DNA from: a bacterium
GTDB taxonomy: Bacteria; Patescibacteriota; Minisyncoccia; UBA6257; 2-01-FULL-56-20
DNA: 48,128 bases
Assembly (NCBI GenBank): GCA_021813155.1
Contig: JAKALK010000001.1
Span: forward strand, 1 to 48,128
Direction of reading: 5' to 3'
Part shown: positions 25,948 through 34,572 of the stretch, piece by piece
Layout: the number at the start of each line of letters is the position of its first letter
Position numbering within the stretch: position 1 is the first letter of the stretch
The notes under the pieces: generated by a model
Seen by the model: the letters and a program-made list of their open reading frames with translations, nothing else
Databases searched by the model: none
What the model was told of the DNA's origin: nothing
Translations under genes and position numbers: made by a program

Positions 25948-28830
25948 TTAACGACAACTCCCCTTACTTACCAAAGCTAAATAGGCCTCAGCTGACCAGC
26001 CGTCTACCCCGTATTGATAATTTACTCTCCACCAGGTGTAGCCACCGGCAGTTACTGGCCCTTCCTTGATTTCTCCTTGAGATTCTGGTGGTTGTTGGCC
26101 TACTACTGTCGTCCCACCAGGAGTAGAACGAACGTTAACCATATCTGTGGGTCTCACGATGTCGCAGAGGGCGAAATTCGAAGAGCTCTCTCCGCTCTCG
26201 CCTACAATTGCAAAAGGCATACTGACTTGCTGCATCGGAACACCCTCATCGGCAGAATAGATAATGATTACATAATTATCTTTAGGCACAACGTCAGCCG
26301 GTATAGTCCAAGTATAAGAACCAGTATTAGGAGCATTCAAAACAATTAAACCAACCGTGGCTAAATAGATATGCACCTTAGTAACGTTAGCGGGGGCCGT
26401 CCAAGTAATTGTCCTCGTCTCGCCAACTCGCCAAACGTCTTGAGTCGCTGGCGAAGTAATCGTAATTCCATCTCCACTCGAACTACCGACTGGGCTAAGA
26501 TAATTTGAATTTGTCCAAATCGATGGCCAACTAGAATGATCATAAGTTACCTGCCACCAGCAAATATTATTCTGGCGTTGTGGTCCGCTTTTTACTGTGC
26601 CAAGAGAACCATTCAGTGAATTGATTCCAACAAGATTCCTACCGGGCGGTTCGCTATGGCTAAAAGGCCTCGATCCATCTGGGACCAAAACCTGAACTCT
26701 TTCACTAACTGCATATGTCGAAGCGCAAACCGTAGTCGTTGCCACCTCGCCTGTGCCAATTAAATAGCTAGGGACCTCCCCGCCAAAAAATGCTTCTTCC
26801 GGAGACCATCCCCGCCAAGCAGGATATTTTGTTGCTTCTGTTGATGGTAAATACTGCACCCTGTACCACCACCCGGTTTTGAGAAATTCTGGGTCTAGAC
26901 TAATCGTCCCAGCTGTCCCCGCCGGCCACTGCCCTAAAACCGGTCCGTTTGGAGCTACCGACTCGCCTAATACTGCCCAAGTTGGCGGCGAAAACAAAAT
27001 CTTTAAATTCTGCTGGAGCGTCACGCCGCCGCTCGTGGCCTTTGGTTTGCTCCGGTCGCTAGTTATCCAGTTGCCCGCTGACCAGCCCTGCAAACCATTT
27101 TCCCAGCTCACCTGCCACCAAACAAGATTTGCCACCTCAACTGGACCGCCCATTATTATCCCTTGTTTGTCACGATCAACTTGGCCCAAAGACTCCGGCC
27201 AAGTGAGAATGTCATTTGATATAGGTGTACTTTTTCTAACGTTTAAACCATTTATACCTTTAGGGCCGCCACCAAGCGAAACACATTCCCCTTCGGCAAA
27301 TCTTTGTTTAACCGCCAGTTGCTCGGTAGAAAGTGGCGTACACAAATCATCGAGTTGAGACACCTTCACCCACCCCACCATTCCTGTCCAATTAGTTGTC
27401 CCTCCCGCTCCTGGAGAACCAAAACCTACTCTCACCCACCAATCTCCCCCCCAAAACGTAACCGGTCCCACCATTGATCTTCCATCTACTTTCCCGATCG
27501 CGTATTTAGGCTTTGGACCAAGTTCCGGTATCGGAATATAATCCGGGGCTGGGCCCAGATAGCTCCCATTAGTTGCCGGATCTTTGCCTCCAAGCATCTG
27601 CATCACCATCACCGGCTCCTTAGTTCTCAATTTCGTGCCGGGCGCAAACCTAGCCAGCATCGCTGGATCCAAAACCCCAACCTTCATTACTGCCGTACCC
27701 TTAACCCCCGAAGCATTATCAATTGCCGTAAATTTAATACTGTATATTCCCGGCGCACTATATTTGTGAGTCGCTGTTTTCGCTGAACCTCTAGTCGTAA
27801 CATCCGGAGTATAACTGTCTTTAGAATTATCCCCCCAATCTACTGCAAAAGTGAAAGAAACCCCGCTAGCGATAACCGACAAATCCCACTGGCCATCTTG
27901 GTTAGGAGATAAAGTAGGCTGCCCATTTATTCCGGGCTTGAAAAACGCCTTTCCCCCAACCGTCACTCCCCCAGGCACATTGCCAGTTGTTGATGGAGTC
28001 ACAGTAACCATGGCCGTTGCTGTCCCAACCGCCCCCCAGGCATCTTGGCAACTGAATGTAATCGTATAACTACCCGTCTGGACGTAAAAATGGCTGTCTT
28101 CGTAATCTTCCACGCCATCGCCCCATTTTGTTTTACTACAATTGTAAGCATCTCCGTCTGGGTCCGTTATTGTCCACGTCCAAAATCCGCCTTCATATAT
28201 TTCAAGTGTTGATGGCCCCAAAATACCAGAAATTACTGGCGGCTGATTCGCCGCCGGTGGATTACTTTTTTCAATCCAAGTCCCCTCGGCCATAAAGAGC
28301 AAAATATTTGTCATGCCCGGTAAATTACACGTCACATTCCACCAGTTATATCCATCCGCTACCGTTGGGCCTTTTTTTAAATTACAACTTACCCCTGCCG
28401 GAACTGTCTTATATATAGAAGCTGAAAGATTCGGAGCAGTTCTCAAATTAACATTATCGGTAGTCACCACCCAATCCCCCACCTTATACGCGCTCGGCAC
28501 CGTGACTGGAACTTTTTCAAGACCGGTTTCGTCAGACCATCCCGTAAGTCCATCATTCCATTTAACCAACCATTTCCCGTTGTGCGGCCAATTTTGGATA
28601 ACTCCTTTATTTCCAACACTCTCACTTCCTAAAAGTGTCGGCGGTACTCCAGTCATACTTGGCCCATAAGAAGACCACACATCTAACTTCGAAACACTAT
28701 TAGCTACTTGTACTTGATCAAAAACACTAAACTTATATGTAGCTGTCTGCGCCTGCGCTTGATCGACTTTAAAACCAAAACCCGGCGCAAGCAAAACAAC
28801 TGCCACCAAAAAAACGCTAAACTTTTTCAT
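25948..28830 (-). CDS. giant secreted mosaic surface protein (about 7 SH3b-like, 2 PKD-like, 1 Ig-like module)
   Basis: 960 aa. Signal peptide MKKFSVFLVAVVLLAPGFGFKVDQAQAQ. PKD-like blocks (KTKWGDGVEDYEDSHFY...; FAVDWGDNSKD...HKYSAPGIYSIKFTAID). SH3b-like blocks ending in GWSDETGLEKV, GWSAGNWITS and GWSAEAYLALV. The Ig-like module is shared with the 1525-aa protein. Confidence 0.85.
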   Translation of the reverse strand: MKKFSVFLVAVVLLAPGFGFKVDQAQAQTATYKFSVFDQVQVANSVSKLDVWSSYGPSMTGVPPTLLGSESVGNKGVIQNWPHNGKWLVKWNDGLTGWSDETGLEKVPVTVPSAYKVGDWVVTTDNVNLRTAPNLSASIYKTVPAGVSCNLKKGPTVADGYNWWNVTCNLPGMTNILLFMAEGTWIEKSNPPAANQPPVISGILGPSTLEIYEGGFWTWTITDPDGDAYNCSKTKWGDGVEDYEDSHFYVQTGSYTITFSCQDAWGAVGTATAMVTVTPSTTGNVPGGVTVGGKAFFKPGINGQPTLSPNQDGQWDLSVIASGVSFTFAVDWGDNSKDSYTPDVTTRGSAKTATHKYSAPGIYSIKFTAIDNASGVKGTAVMKVGVLDPAMLARFAPGTKLRTKEPVMVMQMLGGKDPATNGSYLGPAPDYIPIPELGPKPKYAIGKVDGRSMVGPVTFWGGDWWVRVGFGSPGAGGTTNWTGMVGWVKVSQLDDLCTPLSTEQLAVKQRFAEGECVSLGGGPKGINGLNVRKSTPISNDILTWPESLGQVDRDKQGIIMGGPVEVANLVWWQVSWENGLQGWSAGNWITSDRSKPKATSGGVTLQQNLKILFSPPTWAVLGESVAPNGPVLGQWPAGTAGTISLDPEFLKTGWWYRVQYLPSTEATKYPAWRGWSPEEAFFGGEVPSYLIGTGEVATTTVCASTYAVSERVQVLVPDGSRPFSHSEPPGRNLVGINSLNGSLGTVKSGPQRQNNICWWQVTYDHSSWPSIWTNSNYLSPVGSSSGDGITITSPATQDVWRVGETRTITWTAPANVTKVHIYLATVGLIVLNAPNTGSYTWTIPADVVPKDNYVIIIYSADEGVPMQQVSMPFAIVGESGESSSNFALCDIVRPTDMVNVRSTPGGTTVVGQQPPESQGEIKEGPVTAGGYTWWRVNYQYGVDGWSAEAYLALVSKGSCR

Positions 28831-28849
28831 ATTATAGTTTTATTAAAAA

Positions 28850-28871
28850 GACCTTTTTATCGCTTACTATA
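28850..28871 (-). promoter_or_regulatory. TATAGT-N7-AAAAAGGTC promoter/leader motif upstream of the 960-aa gene
   Basis: The minus strand reads caatTATAGTaagcgatAAAAAGGTCtttttaataaaactataatATG. Confidence 0.35.
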
Positions 28872-28886
28872 ATTGTACGCCATACG

Positions 28887-28931
28887 CTAAAAAACAAAAA
28901 CCGCCGATTTTATCCCCAAAATCAGCGGTTT
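28887..28931 (-). terminator. rho-independent terminator of the 846-aa gene
   Basis: 28898-28911 pairs with 28918-28931 in a 14-bp stem. The single C-A mismatch on plus becomes a G-U wobble in the minus-sense RNA. The loop is 6 nt, and TTGTTTTTT follows on the minus strand. Confidence 0.75.
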
Positions 28932-28951
28932 CCCTAATTTAATATTTACCC

Positions 28952-31492
28952 TTATCTCAATTGCTCTAAAATCGCGAAGAGTTGAGCTTTTATTTGATCA
29001 AGTTGAGTCTGAATCACTTGAATTGCTAAAGCTGCATAATTTAATGGCTCTAGCCCGCTCATCGGTGTTTTTTCCAGCCAATTCTCTGCCGACCATCCGT
29101 CCGGAGCGTTCACATAGTCTATTTGCCACCACCAGTAGGTATCGGCAAATTTCGGTCCGCCGACAACCGTACCCAAATCTCCTGTATTCTTTCTCCCAAT
29201 TATAGTTCCAGTAGGAATATCTCTTACCTGCACACTTGGCGCTGTTACCCGAATCTTGTCTCCAACCGAAAACTTGTTCGAAACTTGCGGCGTCGAAGTC
29301 GGCGTATTTATCGAATCAATTTTTGCAAGCTTAACCTCTTTTGTCCAACTGGTAAAACCGAGGTCATAATTTACACGCCACGACCACTCGAAGTTGGAAA
29401 ATGTTGGCCCACCAATAACAGTACCGGCGCCCCTATCGCCAGAATATTCGACGTTTCGAACTCTGTCGCCAATTATAAATCTTGTAGAAGGTGCCAGAGT
29501 TGCTACTTGAACCGACACAGTTTTACTAGCGAGCCCTCCTCTACTATCAACTACAGTAAACGTCGGAGTATAACTTCCCGCAGTTGCATAAGTATGTTTA
29601 AAACTCGAGAAAGGTCGATTCTGGGTCTCCGTTGTACCGTCTCCCCATATCGCACTATACGACCAAGTATCGTAATCTGGGTCTGATGCCAGAACCGTCC
29701 AAGTGGCATCTTCTCTAGTGAACACACTTGCCGGACCAGTAAAATCAGAAATAACAGGAGGCCTATTAGTAATCGTTCCGCCAGAACCGGTTTTCTCAAG
29801 CCAATCCCCGGCGGACCAACCATCCACTCCAGTGTCGTAATTAATTTGCCACCACCAATAGCGGTTGTCAGACTTAGGACCTCCTACAACAACTCCTGTA
29901 TCTCCAACGCCCCTGACCCCTAATAATGGGGTATAATCGCTAAAAACATCCCTCACCTGAACATTCGGCGCCGTTACTTTAATTTTGTCTCCAGCCGCAA
30001 ACTTATTCGAAGCTTGTGGCGTCGACGTTGCCGGCATATCAGTTTGCACCGTCTGCACCACAGTCGTTTTCGTCGCCGTTAATCCTTTATCGTCAGTCGC
30101 TGTAAAAGTAATAGTATATCCCCCACTTGGGGCGTAAGCATGTGAGAAACTCTTTGAGACACCACTCGCCATTCCAGTTGCCTCCGCTTCGCTACTGCTA
30201 TCGCCCCATTTTACTTTGTAATTAAGCGCTTTCCCTTCCGGATCAGTAGCAATAAAAGTCCAAGAATTCGAAACAGCAGCCGTTACAGTTGAAGGACCAT
30301 TTACCATAAGATTTGTCGGCGCTTGATTGCCCGGCGACGTTGAAGTTGAGGTTCCATCTCCAGTAATCGAGCAGTCCTCTGTCAAACACTTTCGAAAAGC
30401 AAGACTGTAAGCGGTATACTGATCAAACGACCATCCCTCAACACCATCACTCCACTTGATCTTCCACCAAAAAATTAGAGGAGCCTCTGAGGAAAAAACT
30501 GGACCATTTGTTACAATCCCAAAATCCCCGACTGTCCTTTTCCCCAAAGGGCTCGAATCATCAGCTCCAACATAAGGATTCCTAGCAATAAAAGCAGGGG
30601 TTAAATAAACTTGTCTCTCTTCATACACCCGCACCCTATCTCCGATTCCGTATCTAAGTTTAAAATAAGAGTAATTATTATCTTCAGACCAGCCTTGTGT
30701 ATTATCATTCCACCTTATATTCCACCATACCTTTCCATCCGCATTGGTTGGCCCACCCACCACAACTCCGGAATCTCCGTTGTGTTTAGTAGCTATAGGG
30801 GTAAGAGTTATCATAGGAAAAACCCGAACATCAATACTACTATCCTGCCTAACAGCTACTTTGTCGCCAATAGAAAGTTGAGTGTAACTTCGAACCGGGC
30901 TAGATGGTTTTTTAAGATAAACTTCCATTCCATCTTGCGCTCCCTCTTTTGCCCAATTTTCCACCACACCCCCCCTGCCACCACTTGAAATCATATTTCC
31001 TCTTACCTTCCATAACGTATATCCACTAGAAAGAACAGGCCCATCAACGATAGTCACCATGCTATACGATGGTAATAAGCCTCCGTAAAAATCAATCGAG
31101 GGCGCCGAAAAAACATCCATTGATTTCTCCGACATCACATTGTCACCAATAGAAAACTTACTCGAATAAGTCCGCTCAAAACCTTTTAAATAACTCTCTG
31201 CCGACCAACCCACCATACTATCGCTTGACCAGCTAACTTTCCACCAAGTATAGCCCTCCGCTGATATCGGACCATCAATTATAGCTCCTAAATCTCCAAC
31301 CTTTCTTGTGCCCAATGCGGTTTGAGAAATCGAAGCGGTTGGCCTAACTCGCACTGCGTCGGCCGCGAAAATCTCTTCGTGAATTGAAAAACTACCAGCT
31401 CCGCTCGCCCGCGCCGTCTCATTATTTACCCCACCCCAACCCCCAACCACCGCCAAAGTCACTAATAAAAAAACAACAAATCTCTTTTCCAT
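28952..31492 (-). CDS. giant secreted mosaic surface protein (about 7 SH3b-like, 2 PKD-like modules, C-terminal coiled-coil motif)
   Basis: 846 aa. N-terminal hydrophobic signal MEKRFVVFLLVTLAVVGGWGG...ARA. PKD-like blocks (YKVKWGDSSSE...HAYAPSGGYTITFTATDDKG; YSAIWGDGTTE...HTYATAGSYTPTFTVVDSRGG). SH3b-like blocks ending in GWSAGDWLEKT and GWSAENWLEKT. C-terminal AIQVIQTQLDQIKAQLFAILEQLR. Confidence 0.85.
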   Translation of the reverse strand: MEKRFVVFLLVTLAVVGGWGGVNNETARASGAGSFSIHEEIFAADAVRVRPTASISQTALGTRKVGDLGAIIDGPISAEGYTWWKVSWSSDSMVGWSAESYLKGFERTYSSKFSIGDNVMSEKSMDVFSAPSIDFYGGLLPSYSMVTIVDGPVLSSGYTLWKVRGNMISSGGRGGVVENWAKEGAQDGMEVYLKKPSSPVRSYTQLSIGDKVAVRQDSSIDVRVFPMITLTPIATKHNGDSGVVVGGPTNADGKVWWNIRWNDNTQGWSEDNNYSYFKLRYGIGDRVRVYEERQVYLTPAFIARNPYVGADDSSPLGKRTVGDFGIVTNGPVFSSEAPLIFWWKIKWSDGVEGWSFDQYTAYSLAFRKCLTEDCSITGDGTSTSTSPGNQAPTNLMVNGPSTVTAAVSNSWTFIATDPEGKALNYKVKWGDSSSEAEATGMASGVSKSFSHAYAPSGGYTITFTATDDKGLTATKTTVVQTVQTDMPATSTPQASNKFAAGDKIKVTAPNVQVRDVFSDYTPLLGVRGVGDTGVVVGGPKSDNRYWWWQINYDTGVDGWSAGDWLEKTGSGGTITNRPPVISDFTGPASVFTREDATWTVLASDPDYDTWSYSAIWGDGTTETQNRPFSSFKHTYATAGSYTPTFTVVDSRGGLASKTVSVQVATLAPSTRFIIGDRVRNVEYSGDRGAGTVIGGPTFSNFEWSWRVNYDLGFTSWTKEVKLAKIDSINTPTSTPQVSNKFSVGDKIRVTAPSVQVRDIPTGTIIGRKNTGDLGTVVGGPKFADTYWWWQIDYVNAPDGWSAENWLEKTPMSGLEPLNYAALAIQVIQTQLDQIKAQLFAILEQLR

Positions 31493-31510
31493 TTTTTATA
31501 AATAATTTTT

Positions 31511-31526
31511 GACCTTTTGATTAATA
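31511..31526 (-). promoter_or_regulatory. TATTAAT-N1-AAAAGGTC promoter/leader motif upstream of the 846-aa gene
   Basis: The minus strand reads gaaTATTAATcAAAAGGTCaaaaattatttataaaaaATG. Confidence 0.3.
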
Positions 31527-31580
31527 TTCTTCGCCCTCCCCGCAAGGCAACCTAATCCATAAATTATCGCCTCTGCCATT

Positions 31581-31618
31581 ATTAAAAACAACTCCTTTCT
31601 CCGCAAAAACAAAAGGAG
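31581..31618 (-). terminator. terminator hairpin after the 143-aa gene
   Basis: CTCCTTT (31592-31598) pairs with AAAGGAG (31612-31618), a 7-bp stem with a 13-nt loop, immediately after the stop. TTGTTTTTAAT follows on the minus strand. Confidence 0.55.
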
Positions 31619-31619
31619 C

Positions 31620-32051
31620 CTACTCTTTTGGCTCCTCTTCTTTGCCAATAACTCCCTCTTTTTCAGCCCATTTCCTCACAATATCTCGAAAATGAGCCGT
31701 CCTTGTAACCGCCTTAATTGTCACCCCCGCTTCATGACTTATAAGATCGTCGATAACGTCAATTAATTGGTTCGGCCCATATTCCTCTCCCGTAGAACCC
31801 TTTAGTGTTATTTTGTTTACCCGAATAATATCCTTAAGATTACTAAGCGACGTTGCCTCTCTCATTCGCGCTTCATAAAATCGCTCCATGCCTTCTGCTA
31901 AATCTCTCTTAAAATCTTCCCCAAAGCGCGTCACCGGATCTTCGTCTACGTTATTTCCCTTTTCCCCGCCCTTAACTCCCCCATCTTTCTTAGCGTCATC
32001 TTTTTCTTCATTCTTTCCACTTGTTTTTCCAAACCATTTTTCAAATTTCAT
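31620..32051 (-). CDS. hypothetical protein, 143 aa (charged, low-complexity N-terminus)
   Basis: ORF downstream of gap in the same orientation, with its own terminator. No recognised motif. Confidence 0.6.
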   Translation of the reverse strand: MKFEKWFGKTSGKNEEKDDAKKDGGVKGGEKGNNVDEDPVTRFGEDFKRDLAEGMERFYEARMREATSLSNLKDIIRVNKITLKGSTGEEYGPNQLIDVIDDLISHEAGVTIKAVTRTAHFRDIVRKWAEKEGVIGKEEEPKE

Positions 32052-32071
32052 ATTAGAGTAAATTAGAATTT

Positions 32072-33088
32072 CTAAACCAACCCCGCTACCGCCGCCACAT
32101 GCTTAATCAAAGTTGAAACATACCCGGCTTCGTTGTCATACCAAGACAAAATCTTCACTAAATCCCCGTCGATTACCTTTGTAAAACTCAAGTCCACTAT
32201 CGCGCCGTAAGGTTGCCCCAAAATATCCGAAGAAACTAATTGTTCCTTTGTCACTTTCATAATCCCCTGCCACTTCGGTGAATTCGCCGCATCCGTCAAA
32301 ATCTTATTAATTTCTTCAACTGAAGTTTTTTTCTTCGAGAGAAATGTTATGTCCGCAATCGAGCCCGAAACCACCGGCACCCTAAAAGCTACACCATCAA
32401 ATTTTCCTTCTAAATCCTTAATCGCCCGCGTGACCGCAATCGCCGCTCCGGTCGTTGACGGCGTGATGTTTTGCGCCGCCGCTCGTCCCCGCCGAAAGTC
32501 GCTCCCCTTAACCGGCCCGTCTACAATCGACTGCGTCGCCGTGTATCCGTGGACCGTGCTTAAAATCGCTTTTTTGATTCCCGGTTTTTCCGAAAGAACC
32601 TGAATCACCGGCGAAGCGGAATTTGTAGTGCAAGATCCATTTGAGGTAATCAGGCATTTTTTAAGACTGTCTTCGTTCACTCCCATCAAAACTGTTTTTC
32701 CGAGTGTTCCATCCGCATCCTTTGCCGGCGCCGTAATCACCACCCGCTTCGCTCCAGCTTGAATATGCACCTGCGCTTTTTCATAAGACTCAAAAACTCC
32801 GGTTGCTTCTATTACTATATCTATTCCCAAGTCTTTCCACGGCAACTGCGTCGCATCTTTGATCTGCGAAAATTTTATTGTTTTCCCGTCGACAACCAAA
32901 CTCCCACTGCTTACGGAAACATCCTTATCCCAAATTCCGTAAACTGTATCGTATTTAAGTAAATAAGCTAAATTTTCCAGATCCCCCAAATCATTAATCG
33001 CGACTATTTCGTAATCCTTATTATTTAAAGATTGTCGCAGAAACAACCTCCCGATTCTTCCAAACCCATTAAGAGCTACTTTTTTCAT
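32072..33088 (-). CDS. gap: type I glyceraldehyde-3-phosphate dehydrogenase
   Basis: 338 aa. NGFGRIGR NAD-binding motif, catalytic SCTTN (NGSCTTNSASP), and C-terminal WYDNEAGY. Confidence 0.95.
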   Translation of the reverse strand: MKKVALNGFGRIGRLFLRQSLNNKDYEIVAINDLGDLENLAYLLKYDTVYGIWDKDVSVSSGSLVVDGKTIKFSQIKDATQLPWKDLGIDIVIEATGVFESYEKAQVHIQAGAKRVVITAPAKDADGTLGKTVLMGVNEDSLKKCLITSNGSCTTNSASPVIQVLSEKPGIKKAILSTVHGYTATQSIVDGPVKGSDFRRGRAAAQNITPSTTGAAIAVTRAIKDLEGKFDGVAFRVPVVSGSIADITFLSKKKTSVEEINKILTDAANSPKWQGIMKVTKEQLVSSDILGQPYGAIVDLSFTKVIDGDLVKILSWYDNEAGYVSTLIKHVAAVAGLV

Positions 33089-33549
33089 AATTTAAATTCT
33101 ATCATATCACCCGCCTTAATCCCATATTTTGCCACCGCGCCGGCATTAAGTTCCAAGACCTTATCCACCTTCTCCGGCGGATAATAAGTTGTCAGACCAA
33201 AAATAGTTTTCGTCGGCTCCGGCTGGGCATTCTCTTGAAACCCGACGATTTTGTCTCCTGCAATCCAAACAATATCAATCGTAAATTTCATATCCTTCAT
33301 CCAGAAACCATAATTCCCAAAGCTATTAAAAATAAAAAGCATGCCCGTACCTTCGTCTAATTTCTCCCGCCCTGAAAGTCCTCTCGAGCGCGACATCGCA
33401 TCTTTCGCCACTTCAACTTTAAAAACCTTATCACCAATTTTTATTTCATCGGTAGGCAAAACTCCCTTTTTCCCAAAACCAAAAAATATCCCGCCGGCAA
33501 CAACCAAAACCAAAATTGTAATAATCGCGAAAATCAATTTCTTATTCAT
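33085..33549 (-). CDS. DUF192-family protein with an N-terminal membrane anchor
   Basis: 154 aa. GLSGRE...L.EGTGMLFIF...FWMKDMKF.IDIVWI pattern typical of DUF192. It overlaps the gap start by 4 nt. Confidence 0.75.
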   Translation of the reverse strand: MNKKLIFAIITILVLVVAGGIFFGFGKKGVLPTDEIKIGDKVFKVEVAKDAMSRSRGLSGREKLDEGTGMLFIFNSFGNYGFWMKDMKFTIDIVWIAGDKIVGFQENAQPEPTKTIFGLTTYYPPEKVDKVLELNAGAVAKYGIKAGDMIEFKL

Positions 33550-34051
33550 TATGTCCTACCATTATATAATACACCAAAATCCCTGTCGCCACCGAAACAT
33601 TCAACGACTCTTTTTCGCCTCTCATTGGGATCTCCAAAATCTTGTCCGCTTTATTCAAAACCGATTTCGGCAAACCCTTAGTCTCCTCGCCAAGTATCAA
33701 AGCTAAATTTTTATTTTTCGTCGGGCGATATTTAAAATACGGAATTGATTTTTTATCCTGCTCCGCCGCCAAAATCTCATAGCCGCCGTTAGGTGTCCGC
33801 CCACTGGCGGACTTCCTTAATTTTTTATAAACTGCTCCAAAATTTTTAAAATACTCCCATCCAACTGTTCCTTCCGCCCCAAGCGCCACTTTGGCAAAAT
33901 CCGCTCGAAATTTCCCAAATCGATCCAGTGGCGTTGGTGTCGCTCCGACTAAATAAACTTTTAAAATCCCCGCCCCATCGGCAGTCCTAAATATAGAAGC
34001 TACATTATATACACTTCGAATATTATAAAGAACAACAATAACCTCCTTCAT
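33542..34051 (-). CDS. SpoU/TrmH-family RNA 2'-O-methyltransferase
   Basis: 169 aa. LILGEETKGLP and IPMRGEKESLNVSVATGILVY are SPOUT motifs 2 and 3. It overlaps the DUF192 start by 8 nt. Confidence 0.85.
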   Translation of the reverse strand: MKEVIVVLYNIRSVYNVASIFRTADGAGILKVYLVGATPTPLDRFGKFRADFAKVALGAEGTVGWEYFKNFGAVYKKLRKSASGRTPNGGYEILAAEQDKKSIPYFKYRPTKNKNLALILGEETKGLPKSVLNKADKILEIPMRGEKESLNVSVATGILVYYIMVGHNE

Positions 34052-34094
34052 GAGTTATGTTCCAAAGTTCTCCAGCCTGGGTGCATCAGACAAA

Positions 34095-34550
34095 CTAAAT
34101 ACAACCCGGCGGCGGAGTGGGTATATTGTTGGGAGGTATCGATTGGCTATTTTGAGATTCGATACGTTCCTTTAGTTTTAGCTTGTATTGTTCGCATTCA
34201 TCAAAATTCTTCTTTTGCTCTGCCTCCTCAACGCGTTTAAAATGTTCTAATCTCTGCCTATTGCTAATAGCGCTGCCAAAAATAACATACCAAGACATTA
34301 AAAAAGATACTCCGCCGATAACAAGAAAAATAATCTTTACTGCCAGATAGATATCCTTTTTGAAAAATCTAAATAATATCGACAGACCTAAAAATATAAG
34401 CGCCGAAATTCCTGCTCCTAACATTAAAACTCCCCATCCAATATCTACTTGCACAAAAAACAAAAGATACAAACTCGTTAGAACGTTAGTAACGAAAACC
34501 CCTAAAAATATTTTATACAGCAATCTGTTATTCATTTTAATATCTATCAA
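34095..34550 (-). CDS. hypothetical membrane protein, 151 aa (3 TM segments plus a charged helical tail)
   Basis: Hydrophobic segments followed by QRLEHFKRVEEAEQKKNFDECEQYKLKLKERIE. No family recognised. Confidence 0.55.
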   Translation of the reverse strand: MIDIKMNNRLLYKIFLGVFVTNVLTSLYLLFFVQVDIGWGVLMLGAGISALIFLGLSILFRFFKKDIYLAVKIIFLVIGGVSFLMSWYVIFGSAISNRQRLEHFKRVEEAEQKKNFDECEQYKLKLKERIESQNSQSIPPNNIPTPPPGCI

Positions 34551-34572
34551 TTATAGCATTGCTAAACTAACC

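Noticed and set aside
12493-31492. A diversity-generating retroelement targeting the surface proteins; DGRs are common in CPR genomes.
   Set aside because: There is no reverse transcriptase gene in the window, no template/variable repeat pair with adenine-specific differences, and no C-type-lectin-like C-terminal variable region recognisable by eye.
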